Source: Octopus bimaculoides (lineage: Eukaryota). Taken from it: a stretch of 64,000 nucleotides of DNA. Made by a program: the position numbers and the translations under genes. Position 1 is the stretch's first letter, and each line of letters begins with the position of its first letter. Below the pieces are notes generated by a model. That model had not been told where the DNA came from and searched no databases. It saw only the letters and a list, made by a program, of their open reading frames with translations. Shown in pieces: positions 63,620 through 64,000 of this stretch. The stretch is taken from contig NC_068983.1 in assembly GCF_001194135.2 (NCBI RefSeq), forward strand, positions 72,137,262 through 72,201,261, written 5' to 3'.

Positions 63620-64000
63620 TCTGGCAGTGTTGGCTATAGCCTAGTCACCCGTATTACGAACCAGGTGATACACGAAGGAGTCATACCCAATGACTGGTGT
63701 AGCAGCATCATAGTCAACTGCTACAAAGGTAAAGGTGACGCTTTAGATACAAATAATTACAGAGGCATCAAGCTGTTAGATCAGGTTATGAAAGTTACAG
63801 AGAGGGTCATAGCCCAACTAATTAGGGAGCGAATCAACTTAGATGAGATGCAGTTTGGGTTCGTGCCAGGTAAAAGCACTACTGATGCCTTATTTCTAGT
63901 GAGACAGTTGCAGGAGAAATACCTAGCTAAGGATAAACCTCTGTACCTGGCTTTCGTTGACATGGAGAAAGCCTTTGACAGGGTCCCCCGATCCCTTATC
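63620..64000 (+). mobile_element. 5'-truncated, apparently young RTE LINE; uninterrupted RT reading frame running off the window end
   Basis: 127 stop-free codons: SGSVGYSLVTRITNQVIHEGVIPNDWCSSIIVNCYKGKGDALDTNNYRGIKLLDQVMKVTERVIAQLIRERINLDEMQFGFVPGKSTTDALFLVRQLQEKYLAKDKPLYLAFVDMEKAFDRVPRSLI. Confidence 0.95.

Overview
AT-rich, microsatellite- and transposon-dense animal genomic DNA with five N gaps. The repeat families look like those of an octopod cephalopod (inference, no search run). The only host coding sequence I can support is one 143-nt minus-strand exon (32244-32386) resembling the WD40 region of TULP4/Tusp, so the window is probably mostly very large introns. The rest is fossil and young mobile DNA: mariner DD34D, maT DD37D, Tc1-like, RTE, BovB-like RTE, CR1-like and R4/Dong-like (REL) LINEs, Penelope-like elements, three tRNA-derived SINE families and foldback/MITE-like inverted repeats. 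The most notable items are (i) a near full-length U6 snRNA copy fused directly to the 3' end of an REL-type LINE, (ii) a Penelope-like element whose 3' region carries a tRNA-like Pol III cassette, a microsatellite and a hammerhead ribozyme, plus two more hammerhead-like motifs elsewhere, (iii) several long inverted repeats, and (iv) three short local duplications that each abut a dinucleotide microsatellite. Almost all ORFs in the supplied track are microsatellite, N-gap or transposon artefacts. There is no CRISPR array or prokaryotic feature. Repeat boundaries are read by eye and approximate unless a TSD, TIR or splice site is cited.
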